NCBI GenBank assembly: GCA_000826855.1
Contig: JTLS01000095.1
Coordinates: 1 to 32,015, forward strand
Direction of reading: 5' to 3'
Origin: Basidioascus undulatus
Lineage: Eukaryota
DNA: 32,015 bases
Below are positions 8,929 through 21,315 of the stretch, piece by piece (the first letter of the stretch is position 1; every line of letters starts with the position of its first letter). The notes under the pieces are model-generated. The model was not told where the DNA came from. It worked only from the letters and a program-made list of their open reading frames with translations, and searched no databases. Both the position numbers and the translations under genes were made by a program.

Positions 8929-10590
8929 GTTGGGAAATCAAGGACTTGAAGAGCCCGGGAGAACCACCAGGTCAGCGTCTCGTGCTAGGGGGGCAGGGGG
9001 GAGGGAGGACAGCGCGTGGGCGCCTGGGGAGTTGCGCACAGAATTTGCCGGGCGGAACTGTGTGCGGCGGGGGTGTCCGGGGAAAGGGGATTTGAAGGCG
9101 GAGGGATAGACGCGGTGAGAAGGCAAAGGAAGAGGGGCGAGAGTCGAGGGGTCGAGGAGGAGGTGAAGGGGGAAGATCGAAATTTCGGGTCGAGGAAGGG
9201 ACGTCGAATTGGCGATTTCGTCGGGGAAAAGGGGGGGATCTGCACCGTCAGCACAACAACCACGACGACAACGGCGAGAATGGCGGCGGACCCGTGCAAA
9301 GTGAGCTTTCTTGAGGCCGGCGGAGCGATACACCCTTAGAGAGCTATCTCAACCTCGAATGGACTTCGATTTTGCCAGTCAGTTGTGGGGGGGGATATCG
9401 GTTGTTGTGAATTCGCCCTTTCGGCATTCAATCTGTCTCGCGAATTTGGGTGTCGGTACTTCAGGGCCGGTCTGAAATGCTGTCACCTGTCACTTCGACA
9501 CCACCACCCACAAAACACTTCCCTTTGCTTAAAAACACTTCAAGAATGCAGGATATCTATAGAATGAGAGTAAACGATGATCAATCTCGTGCATCGAGAA
9601 GGCCCCGCGGCATTGCGTGCAATTGTCGCCTCTGCCTCGGCTTCCTCCAGCTTCATCAGTTCATCTCCCTCGACTCAGTTGCACTAACGAAAGACTTTTG
9701 TGGGCGATGCTACCGCCTGAATGCGCTGGGTGAGCAGCATAATCGATAAGGTGAACCGCTTACCTCTCTGGACTTCGCACTCTCCTCATTCGACGATCGT
9801 ACCTTCACTCCTCACCCTACCGTGTCCGATCGTCCTTCTCTTGCGCAGTCCTTCCTGTCACCTACTCCTGACCTCGAAAAAGCACAACTCATTTCCCGCT
9901 GAGCTCTTCATTCTCGATGGCGCCAGCTCCCTTCGTGCCGCCCGCGCACACGCGCCCGCCCCTCGGCGTCTCACCGCGCTTCCCTCCCATATCGGAGTAC
10001 CCTTCGCCCGTCCCTCTTGATCGACGCTTCACGCGTCTGCTCCCGACTGCCGTCCCGCTGACGAAGGGTCCATTGTCTGGGACGCGCCTCTGGATGCGCA
10101 CTTTGCGAGGCGGGAGATGGACGAGCTGCTCGGAGACGCGCACATTCAGTGGGTGTTCACCCTCCTGTGCACTGCGACGGCGGTCGGGTCAAAGGCAGCA
10201 GGAGTGGAAGACCTTGACCGATGGGTTTCGAGTAATATGCTTTAGTTTTCGGTCTACCATGGCTATCAGATTTCCTCCAAAAGTGCGGCGCTTGCCACAC
10301 CGGAATCGAGCATGTCAGTGCAGTGTCTGCTGGACGCGACAGGGGATTTTGTTGCTGTACAGTCGGTGGGGCTCAGACAGAAAGGAAGAGGGCCTGTAGT
10401 TGCCCCGAAAATGCAAAATTTCGGTTACAGACTAACGCAGCCAAATACAGTTAAGCGAAACGTATGTGACATGATGCGGCGGACAGAGGTTATGGAACGA
10501 AGAGAAGAGCGGCGTATGGAACGACAAGAATACGCAATGCGAAGGTCGACAGCCTAGTCTCTCAACTCGCAATCACCGTGCAGTCGAACT

Positions 10591-12036
10591 TCAGCTGCTC
10601 GCGCGACGGGCGCGGCGGCGCGGCCAGATCCCAAACTCGCCGTGTCCACCGTGCGCGTCCTGGCGAAGGTCCGGCGCCAGCGAGTCGCGCTCGAAGCAGT
10701 CCATTCCGAGGAGGTCGAACGCGCTGGGCGTGGCGGACACTCCAGCGGCGAGGGCCTCGGAGGACTGGTTGGAGTCGCAGAAAGTCTGCACAGACTCGTG
10801 CGGTAACAGCGGGTAGCGGACGGGCACTAGATGGAGCGGGTCGAGAGGCGCTGCCGGTTGATAATAGGTAATTTAGCGTCCCTCGATCGAAACCGGTTGG
10901 GAGAGGGTAGAAACCCAACGTACCTGCTGCATGAGTGAAGCCATCGAGACTACGTGCTCTTCGCATTGGAGCGAGTGACGCGCACGCCTGCCGAGGATAC
11001 GCGAAGAGTGCGCAGGATAAGTAAGACAGCGAGAAGTCCATAGATGTACACCAGGGTCATGATCATCCTCAGCGGGACGAGCGCATAGGCGAAGACGAGC
11101 GACTGCCTGTGTTCCCCCACAGAGACGTCCTCCAACGTGAGTTCCATGTAACCCGACATGTAAGACATAATGTTGAGCGTCAGGCTCGTTTCGAGTTTTT
11201 GCATGACCTGCGGAGGGTCGTTGAAGGACAGAACAAATGATCTGGATTCATTAGAGGGAGTGAGCCTGCGCCTGTGCGCTTCCCAATGAGATACGAAAGA
11301 AGCCGCGGCCGAAGTCGAGTCGCGTCCTGTGATTTCAGCGTACACTTGGGTACTTCCCAAACGTGAGTGGAGACGCTCTAAATACCCGCCTGATGGTTCT
11401 CCTGCTGTCAACTGCACTGCGTTTCCAGTGCTCAGTTTGCAAACCTCTTGTCCACACCCCATTCTGTTTCTTCTGTGTGTATTGTTTGAGTACCAGCCCA
11501 AATTGACTTCTCTTAGTTCATTCTGAAACTACATGAATATATTCTGGGGTTGCTTTTCCTGGACAAGGATTCAATGTGACTGTACATCCTTCTTCCCGGA
11601 TGACGCTCGACCCAAGTTTCATTGTGCAGATATGTGTAGACGCCTGGGCCTCCTACGTCTATACCACAACAAACATACCAGAATATGGTCCAGTTCAACT
11701 GAGCAAGTACTGTACCGCAAAACAACGGATGGGCAAGCAGGGTTCGGAACACGCAGTTTCTCCGTCCGAGATTGAGCGACGGCAGAGTATCAACTGCGCG
11801 AGGGAGGATATCAAGAGTGCGCTGCCCTCGTCCTTCGGGCACCTTTTGAGTATCAGTTTGCAGTTGTTGCTGATGGAGCGATACTGAAAACCCACAGCGC
11901 GCCCGAGGAGCTGAAATCGAACATCGGTCGGTGCAGGCTGCGCTGTCCCCTCTGCTCGACTTCTAGACGGTAGAGGTCTGATAGCGGGAGAGGGGGACGG
12001 GGGAACCTCCTTTCGCGTGATACATTTCAGGTCCAT
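10591..12036 (-). pseudogene. Probable relic of an uncharacterised membrane-protein gene
   Basis: Consecutive minus-strand ORF pieces (11695-12036, 11513-11842, 10950-11501, 10591-10827) broken by stops or frame changes. One clear TM segment (YALVPLRMIMTLVYIYGLLAVLLIL) near the C-terminus, ending ...EFGIW. Function not recognised. Confidence 0.45.
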
Positions 12037-12454
12037 GGGCCATCATTACACCTAAACGTCGGAAGAAGAACAAAAGAGACGAGCGCGGTCGTAGCGTTCC
12101 CAGCGCAGGCTTTTTGGAGGCCAATGTCAGACTGGCAGTGCAAATTGAGAAGAATGTTCTCTTTCACAATCCCACATATGATTCCCATGTCTTTTTTTTA
12201 TGTTGAAAGCCAGCTTTCGGATAGTCGAGACGGTACTAGTTCAGAATGGAAAACCGTGCCGGGAAAGAGGAGGTTTCGCGAAAGTGAGAAATCTCTGGTC
12301 TTTGCATTGTGGCTTGTGAAGGCCCGGCTTCGCCGAATCAGAGCGGCGTGAATCGCTCGATCTCGCCGGCGCCCCTTGGCTGCTCATCACCACAACCTTC
12401 GTCCTCCCCATCGCCCGCCCCTTTCTCCCCGCTTCGACTTTCGGCACCGCCATT

Positions 12455-14778
12455 ATGCTGCGCCGGACTTCGACTCGCGTCCTGCCTCGTCAGGTCCCCA
12501 ACACCCGGTCGCTGGCCACCGTCGCGGACCCGCCCGTCCGGTGAGCGCCGCCGCTCTGCAGAGGCAGGAGAGGGAAGCTGGTAGCTGACTGTGAGGTGTA
12601 TGGATGTTTAGTCGGTATGGTGGTCTCAAGTGAGTTGTTCTAGTTGCAAATGCTGCTTGGGCTGACTTGCTGATGCTGTTCTTGCCGCCAGGGATCAAGA
12701 CCGGTTGCGTCTTCCTCCTTCCCGAGCGTTCCCAGCCCAGCACTCGCTCATGCAGCTCTTTGCACAAACAGCATCTTCACTAACGCCTACTGCCGCCACG
12801 ACCACGGCGTCAAGGGCGCCCAGTCCCGCGGTGACTGGCACAACACCAAAAAGATCATCGAGAAGGGCGACAGCTGGATCATTCAGACCATCAAGGACTC
12901 TGGTCTCCGCGGGCGCGGCGGTGCCGGTTTCCCCTCGGGTCTGAAGTGGAGTTTCATGAACAAGCCTGGCTGGGAGAAAGACCCTCGGTGAGTGCTGGAG
13001 TCGTGATGGTCTGGGCTGGGGGCGCGTGGGGAAGGTGGCTGATGGTGGGTGGGGCTCGCTGCAGGCCTCGGTACTTGGTGGTAAACGCGGACGAGGGCGA
13101 GCCGGGTACCTGCAAGGACCGCGAGATCATGCGCGGTGACCCGCACAAGCTCATTGAGGGCTGCTTGGTCGCTGGTCGTGCGATGAACGCCACTGCTGGT
13201 GAGTTACGCCGCGCACATAACCGCACCGTCTTTCCCCATATTTCTCAAACTCCATCCCCTTCTCCCAGCGTACATCTACATCCGTGGCGAGTTCCACCTC
13301 GAGGCTGCGCGGGTGCAGCAGGCGATCGATGAGGCGTACAAGGCCGGCTTCATCGGCAAGGACGCCTGCGGCTCCGGCTACGGCTTCGACGTCTACCTCC
13401 ACCGCGGCGCCGGCGCGTACATCTGTGGCGAGGAGACGGCGCTCATCGAGTCCATCGAGGGCAAGCAGGGCAAGCCCCGTCTGAAGCCGCCTTTCCCCGC
13501 CGACGTCGGCCTCTTCGGCTGCCCCACCACCGTCGCCAACGTCGAGACCGTCGCTGTCGCGCCCACCATCGCCCGCCGCGGCGCGGCCTGGTTCAACAGC
13601 TTCGGCCGCGAGCGCAACAGCGGCACGAAGCTCTTCTGCATTTCCGGCCACGTCAACAATCCCTGCGTCGTCGAGGAGGAGATGTCCATCCCCCTCCGCG
13701 AGCTCATCGACAAGCACTGCGGCGGCGTCCGCGGCGGCTGGGACAACCTTCTCGGTATCGTCCCCGGCGGCTCGTCCGTGCCGGTCATTCCCCCGAAAGT
13801 CTGTAACGAAGTTCTGTGAGTGCTTCGTTCGCATGGGTGCTGGATGGGAGGGCTCGGGGGCTGACGACGGGGCACTGGCGCGCAATCAGCATGGATTTTG
13901 ACTCGCTCAAGGACGCGCAGTCCGGTCTGGGTACGGGTGCCGTCATCGTCATGGACAAGTCGACCGACATCATCGCTGCCATTGCCCGCTTCGCCAAGGT
14001 ACCATATTCGATTTGGTTTCCCGTCGCCGCGCATCTGTTGTTTTTCTGACATCCTGTGTGACGCGCAGTTCTACAAGCACGAGTCTTGCGGCCAATGCAC
14101 TCCTTGCAGGGAGTGCGTCCCTTTCTCACCTTTGTAGGTTCCAGAGACCTCTCGCTCACCATTTACGAATTGGTTTCGCAGGGGCACCACCTGGATGTAC
14201 AACATGATGAACCGCATGAAGACCGGCCGCGCGGCGGAGCGCGAGATCGACATGCTTCTCGAGCTTACCAAGCAGGTTGAGGGGTACGTCTTTTTGCGCT
14301 CTCGGAATCGTCTTCGTGCGTAGCTGCAGTTCGCTGACATGCGTGGTCACGCATAGTCACACTATCTGCGCTCTCGTGTGTATAAACACTGCCGGGCCAG
14401 CAATGAGCATGATGCTGACGTTCTGTGTTAACAGGGTGACGCCGCGGCATGGCCGATCCAGGGTCTGATGCGTCACTTCCGTGAGTTGTTCATCGCTCTA
14501 TTCGGGCCGCTCGTGTGGCTTTGGTTGCTCACCGCTGCCATTCCGTTCCAGGGCCGACGGTCGAGGCGCGCATCAAGGAGTTCCAGAAGAAGAACGGCCC
14601 CGTCCTCTTTGGCGGCAAGCTCTTCAAGGACCTCCCTGAGGGCCTGGCGATCCCCGACAACCGGTTAGTCCCGCAGGGTCCTTCATCGTGTCTTGATCCA
14701 TACCGGTAACTAATTGGCTGGTCTCGCTTAAACAGCGGTGCGAGCATCGCGGCGAGCATTGAGCAGCCGACGGCGTAA
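12455..14778 (+). CDS. NDUFV1: NADH:ubiquinone oxidoreductase 51-kDa flavoprotein subunit (complex I, NuoF homolog)
   Basis: Presequence-like [66 protein letters not shown], and Fe-S motif [13 protein letters not shown]...HTICALGD. Includes 18-, 12- and 19-nt micro-exons; stop TAA at 14776-14778. Confidence 0.97.
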
Positions 14779-15345
14779 GGGGGGGACGGATAGAGCGGGG
14801 ATGATAGGCTTAGCGATAGCTTGTAAATGTAGTGCGACGTCTGATGATCAGACATCTTTTGATGACTCACGTGTGCGGGCGGCGGTGCGGTCCTCTTCTT
14901 CGTGAAGCGTTCCCAACTGCAATGGCAGGGTAGTGGCGGCAGATGGATGTGAGTTCGGAAGGATCGGGTGATAGTCCAGTTCGGCAACCAGTAGAGGGGC
15001 ATGGATCGTAAGATGTTCGATGATGTATCAGCTTTTGGTGATTTACTATGGAAGTCCAAGAGCAAACGTATCCAGTTTAGAACGCTGGTGGTCCGAAGGC
15101 AAATGTCAGCGCGGGCGCCAGCGCACAACAACTAGCGACGCGTCTGTGTCTGAACGGCAGCAGCTTTTATTTTTCCACAGAGCAGTGCAAGTTTTGCTCA
15201 TTATACTGTGCTTATTTCTTTCGACAAGATATGAGAGCGCGGCCATCAGTTGCAGACTTACGCAGCACTACGGCAAGGAACTATCTGACGCGTCGTCAAC
15301 GAAACCGGCCCGCGCCCGCTTTCTCCTTGACCTCCATCTCGCACG

Positions 15346-16902
15346 ATGCGGCTTCGAAGCATCTTGCCACTCACGCTCCTTCTTCTCGCACTCAACTACT
15401 TACCAATATCAACATGGGCGATCTCTGACGGTCACACTAACAACTGGGCTGTGCTCATCAGCTCTTCGCGGTATTGGTTCAACTATCGAGTTCGTCGCCC
15501 CCTGCACGCCTCGCCCACATAACACATGCTCATTCGATGACATTATCGCACTGCAGCATATGGCGAACGCTTTGGGAATGTGCGTTTTGCTGCCAGTTTC
15601 TGCTCTCCCGTGCTGACTCTCCGCCACAGGTACCGCACCGTCAAGCGCCTCGGCATCCCCGACTCCAACATCATCCTCATGCTCCCTGACGACGTCGCCT
15701 GCAATCCTCGCAATAAGTTCCCCGGCGCGGTGTACGCGAACAAAGATCGGAAGCTCGACCTGTACGGCGAGCGCGTGGAGGTGGACTATCGCGGGTACGA
15801 AGTGAACGTCGAAAACGTCATTCGACTCCTCACGGGTGAGTTGCTCATCATGCTCAGACCAGACATGCGCTAGTCCGCCTAGACTCATGGCCTCTCAGCT
15901 CCAATTCAATGCCTGCCGAATGTTCGCTAATGAGCGCGTCTTCCCATGTCCCAACTAGGCCGTCATTCTCCCTCTACACCTCGTTCGAAGCGTCTGCTCT
16001 CAGACGACCGCTCTAACGTCTTCGTCTTCATGACCGGCCACGGAGGCGACGAGTTCCTCAAGTTTCAGGACAACGAAGAGATCAGCGCCTTTGATCTCGC
16101 CGACGCGTTTGCGCAGATGCACGAAAAGAAGCGGTATGTTGGCGGCCTCTCATCTCTTCCGTTCCTGCACCGCCGCATAGTCGCTGACATGAGAACTCTC
16201 GTTCCAAGATACAACCGGCTGCTGTTCATGATCGACACCTGTCAAGCAAACACCATGTACTCGAAGCTCTACTCGCCCAACATCATCGCCACCGGGTCGT
16301 CTCCGCTTGGCAAGAACTCGTATTCTGTCCGCAGGCTTCATCTTCATCACACGCCTTCAGAAAGATCCTGACCGTCGAACTTACCGTCGCAGCACCACGC
16401 CGACAAGGAGATCGGTATTGCTGTCATCGACGCCTTCACGCACTTTACTCTCTCGCACTTGGAGAACATATGCAAAACGTCGAACGCCACGCTCAAGGGC
16501 TTTGTACGTTTCTGTCATCCTCCTGTATCTACCTTTGCTCATCCAAATGTGCAGTTCGACTCCTACGACCCCGTCGCAATAAAGTCCGAACCCGGCGTCC
16601 GGTCCGACCTCTTCAATGCCTCCCTTGCCGACGTCCTACTCACGGACTTTTTCGGCGGCGTCGCCCAAGTGGACGTGCTCCCCCCGCAGGAGGAACAGGA
16701 CGCCGACGATTCTGCTGTGCCTGGACGCGCGAAGGAGGCGCCGACGAGAGCAGAAGGAACAGACAGGACTCCGTGGACGGGAGAGCAGCTGGACCGGGGA
16801 AGAGATTTGCATGTGGACGGCGGGCAGAGTGTAAAGGCGTGGGTCGCAGTTGCGGTGGTCGCGGCGCTGTCCCTGTTGAGCTCGAAGATAGCAGTATTGT
16901 AA
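15346..16902 (+). CDS. GPI8: GPI-anchor transamidase catalytic subunit (peptidase C13)
   Basis: Signal peptide, [48 protein letters not shown], catalytic TGHGG and IDTCQANT, C-terminal hydrophobic anchor. Confidence 0.96.
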
Positions 16903-17075
16903 TGAAAGCATACGGGTCCCTGGACGTCTTGAGAGCGAATTGGCCCCTGTCCGAAACTATCTTCAGCCAAACGAGACGGGGACGCAGCCACGCACACACC
17001 AACGCCGTATCCGTGTGAAGCAAGCAATTGTAAGCGCAGCCTGTCGACAGCAATCCAAACGACATCATCTTCGTA

Positions 17076-19174
17076 CTAGACCTGTTTGCACAATCCCCGA
17101 CCCGCGCGAGCTTGCGCCTCGCATAGCCCGATTTCGACCGGCATAGCGAGCAGTGAAGCTACAACTATTCCCAAGCTATCTGCCAGGCCCACAACGCCCA
17201 TCGAAAACTCCTTCTCTTCCGGGCTCAGGTGAAGCTCCTCGCCCCGACTCCCCATGTAATAAAACGTGTTCACTGCGCCCATGCGACCAGGCCCACCAAT
17301 GATAGTCAGAGAGTGATTCAGGAGGCTTCCGCAAGACGCAATAGGCCACAAATCTCGACGAACCATAGGCAGAGCCGCCGCAGAGCCCCTCTATCGAGAT
17401 GAGCAAGATGACGAGATTGAGTGCGATGCTCTGCGGGAAGATGGCGAGCGCTGACTCCAGCGACAGCACGGCAAGGATGATGCACTGGAGGAAGGCGGGC
17501 AGCGAGAGAAGGTACGAGGGTATCGGCGGAACATGGAGAGTGTGCGAGGAGCGTGAAATGAAGACGAAGATTTGGTAGACGAGCTGCATACGAACGACTT
17601 CAGCTATCATCGACGCGCAAGAGGATGAAACAGTGAGACGAACCTGGTACAGTGGGTAATGGTCCTTCAAGTCCCGGATGAGATGACCCAGTATTGGGTG
17701 TTCCGAAGGGGATGCGGGAGGATAAAGAAGCGTCACCGCGACGCCTTGCTGCAAGCGGAATACCAAATGAGCGAGGTTGGAGAAAGCAAGCCGGACGAAA
17801 ACGCACATTGATGGTATATTCCGCGGCATATACCGTGAAGAGGGGAACCATGAACCGCCAGATTAGAGGTCGTGCGAGCGCGTACTTCGCTTTGAGATCT
17901 AGAGACCGCTCAGCCAAGACGACGAGCTCGGGCGCATCGAGCCGCTCTCCGGTCGGGAAAGGCGCGAGGTCGTCAGGTGGAAGAGGGACGTATGCCGCCG
18001 TCGATGTGGTCGGTGGGTGAGGAAGGATGGTGAAGTAGGCGAGAGACATGATGAAAGGGAGTAACGAGCACGCGACTAAGGCGCGGGTAACCCCCCAGCC
18101 GCGGATCAGCCACCAAAGGGCAGCGCCCACTGCGACCATTCCCCACATCGTACGGCATGTCAGAACGAAGCTTCGTAGAGAAGCGTAAGACGCGAAGAAG
18201 ACGAGAGTCTGACGGACCTATGCCGGCTGCACCGGTTCCGGTTGCGAAGTAGGCGATAGCCAGCGCGGACAGCGGTTTCCGACCTTCGCGACGGCTTGGG
18301 TCGTTCGATAAATTGGTGGAAAGCTGGAGGTATGTAAGCTCGCCGAGCCCTAGGGGACATGGGGGCCGTCAAACTCAATGTCCCCCAAGGAGTGTGGTAT
18401 CGGGAGCGGACGATACGCACCTGATGAGAAACTGGCAACGGCGATACCGGCGAGCCGACCAGTGACAGAAGATGAGACCGCCACGATAACCATGCCCACG
18501 AAGGACAAAATGCTGCAGGAGGGAATGCGCAGGCGATAGCGTGCAGGGCCAGTGGAGAAGTACTGTGATGGACTTGGCTGAGAGATACGCGTGAGTGCAG
18601 TATGGCGAAGACACTTACCGGCCAGCCAACTTTGGCGATCAACGCCGGTGTTATATTGGCGAACGCTACTACTCCTTTGGGTGTGTCCCTTGGAACCAGG
18701 TCTTTTGGAGAGTAAGCAGTTGAGTTCAGGATTCAGCATTGATAGAGCGACCACGCACCCAAAGCAGCCTGAAGTACGCGTTAAAGCTCATGTCAGACAT
18801 GGCGTTGGTACATCTCATTTGGTGAGTATACGTTTACCGAAAGTATCACCACATATAAACAGTTGTTGATGAGGCCGAACAGCACGAAGGCGATAGCGAC
18901 CCGTGCTCGAACATGGCCGGCCGCTTGAGGTCGATGCAGACGCTGATTGAGCAGGACGTACTCCCAGTTCGCTTGTAGAACGAATACTGGACTTACGTGA
19001 AGTCAATTCCGTGCTCTCCGCCACCCTTCCCGGCAAGAGTCCTTCTCGTTCACCATCGCCAGCTGCCGGCCTGTCGCTGGGGTCGTTCGCCTCCCAGTCC
19101 ACGCTTGCGCGATCCCAGCCTTGGCTGGTTCGAGCGGTATCGTCGGGCTCTGCAGCAGAGGGCATATCGGACAT
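17076..19174 (-). CDS. BTN1: Battenin (CLN3/BTN1 family) vacuolar membrane protein
   Basis: AFVLFGLINNCLYVVILS, ASFSSGLGELTYLQL, FATGTGAAG, FMVPLFTVYAAEYTINQGVAVTLLYP, YQLVYQIFVFISRSS, EGLCGGSAYVN, KEFSMGVVGLADSLGI. Start (MSDMP, 19174) is less certain than the core. Confidence 0.93.
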
Positions 19175-20733
19175 TTCAATTCCCCGGGACGCAATCGCCA
19201 TCCAATGCTGTATAGGCACGCGAGAGACGCGCAAGAGAGGGTGAGCGCAAGAGCCGAAAAGGTGTGTCGCACGTGTCGCTGTCGGACCCTCAGCATTTGA
19301 CGGATGTCAGACGCACGTCAGAAACCGGTGACACCCAGCAGTCTTTCGAACCCCTCCCCCCTCGAGAAAGCCTCTATGGAAGGCCGACATGAGCGAGATG
19401 GTGGGAATAAGCAACCGTCGTCCCATTCATTGTCATATGTGTCGGATTACTTGACAGAGCCATGCTGCAATCATTTTTCAGCCCTGCTGCGCGACTACTA
19501 CTGGCGCCTGCATCTAGACGAGCTTTCGATAGTCCATGTATTTTTCCTGGATGTGACTGCGTCTAAGTTGCTACATATCCGGATTCTGGTGGTCCTCTCA
19601 TGAACGAGGGCGGAGCGAGCGCCCGGCGATGCAATGGTTAAAGCTGGAGCTCAAGCATCGTAACCCTCGACAACTTCAGGCTCGTCGCAATGCGCCGAAC
19701 TCACTCAAGTGAAGACATTAAACGTTACTGAAAAGGTTGTGAAGGAAAACTTTTTAGCATCAGGCGGTTAGGCAGCGTCCACATTGCCAGAGTTCTTTCA
19801 CATCCCTGCTGCAGAAAAGCTACACAACCTCGACGCTGAGGCACCACTGGCTCCTTTTCTTTAAACTTCTAGACTCTTACTTAGGAATCCACCAATGTAC
19901 ATCGTTTCCTCTGAAAGCCCACTACCAAGCTGCCACCGTAGAGTTCAAGCGCCGGTACTCTCATGGGCCGGGCCGGCTCGGTCTCAGAGGTCCTTTGTTG
20001 GGGACAGTCACATCTACGTTCGTGTTAACCTCGTACAAGGCGGGCACACGACGAACTCGAGTCCCTGTCAAGCCTCAGGTCCAGCTTGTCCAGCGGCTTG
20101 TCGAGAGATGAGAAACAGCCTGCGATTGGTCAAACGCGGCTTATCGCCGCTGGCTATTTTCTTGGCTCGCGTTGCAGAGTCTTTGGCATGGTTCACTTGC
20201 ATTCCCAACTTCAGGCGCCCCTGAAGAAGATGCGGACCGAGGAATGGGAGGCGCCGACGGTCGGTGTCAAGTGCATGACGGGTGCGGCTGCGCGATGCAG
20301 GTTGAGACAGTTCGCAGTGTGCTTTCATTTTCTGCTGATCGGTCCCGGTTCTTCCCTTCGACTGTTACCCTTCGCCCTTCGCCGTTTTCAAAGTAGCTCT
20401 ATCTCGAATTTGTGCGCAGACTGCCTCAAACGCGCACTTGAAACTGCCAAGGCCGGGCTAAGTTCTTGATGCTGGAAGATCGTGTGGACGACTCGGAGGA
20501 CGCGAGGTGCAGAGATAAGAGGGCGGTGCCGACCGTCACGCTCGTCCTTTCTCTTCGCTCTTTCTCGTCGTCCGCCCTACTGAATATATACTTCTGCGCC
20601 TTATTTGTACGCCTCCTCGCTATCAGCCAGCCGCCACCCCCACGTCGAGCCTGGCGTTCACGTTCCTGGCCTAACGTTGACCGGCAACACACGAGCCCGA
20701 ATCTTCTCTCGGCCTGCCCGTGCCTTTATCGCG

Positions 20734-21315
20734 ATGCCCTCCTTCGCCCCCTCCTCGTCCTCCTTCTTCCTCCACCCTTACCCTCCCCATCGATCCCGCC
20801 CCATGACCGATCGCTCCCCGTCGCCCGCACGCTCCTCGGACTGTTCCTCCCTCGAGCGCCGCCTCAGCCGCACCACTCTCTCCTCGACTTCCTCCCACTC
20901 GTCCGCCGCCGTCCCCCCGAGCTTGGCCGCCAAGATGAAGGTTGCCAGCCTCGCCCTTATCCCTCCGAACGCGGACCGCGTCCGCAAGGCGCGCGGACTG
21001 GTGGTCGAGGAGTGCAGCGAGAGCGAGAGCGAGGGAGAGGAGGACGAGGACGAGGACGAGAAGGACCAGCATGTCCTACTCACTCCGTCTCTCCACCCGA
21101 CTGCCTTCGGGCACTCGCCATACGGCCTCGAGGAGGAGCACGCGCGCTGGCCAGTCCCCTCTGCGCCTTCCTCAGTTCTGTGCGTCTCCCCGTTTTCAAC
21201 ACTGCCTCACATCTTATCTTGTCCGCCCACTGAAATCACTCCAACCCAAAGCAGCTCCCTCCCCAGATCCGCCTCCTCGCACCCCCCCACCCGGCGCCTT
21301 CAGCTTGCAACCTGA
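20734..21315 (+). CDS. Hypothetical Ser/Pro-rich, acidic, probably disordered protein
   Basis: Codon usage like neighbouring genes (C/G-ending codons); TATA-like AATATATA ~20583; acidic run ESESEGEEDEDEDE; probable GTGCGT...AG intron ~21180-21254 that preserves frame. Confidence 0.6.
   Translation: MPSFAPSSSSFFLHPYPPHRSRPMTDRSPSPARSSDCSSLERRLSRTTLSSTSSHSSAAVPPSLAAKMKVASLALIPPNADRVRKARGLVVEECSESESEGEEDEDEDEKDQHVLLTPSLHPTAFGHSPYGLEEEHARWPVPSAPSSVLCVSPFSTLPHILSCPPTEITPTQSSSLPRSASSHPPTRRLQLAT

Noticed and set aside
9917..10399. 160-aa Pro-rich ORF after a CT-rich leader
   Set aside because: No recognisable motif or supportable splice model; may be a relic but cannot be called.
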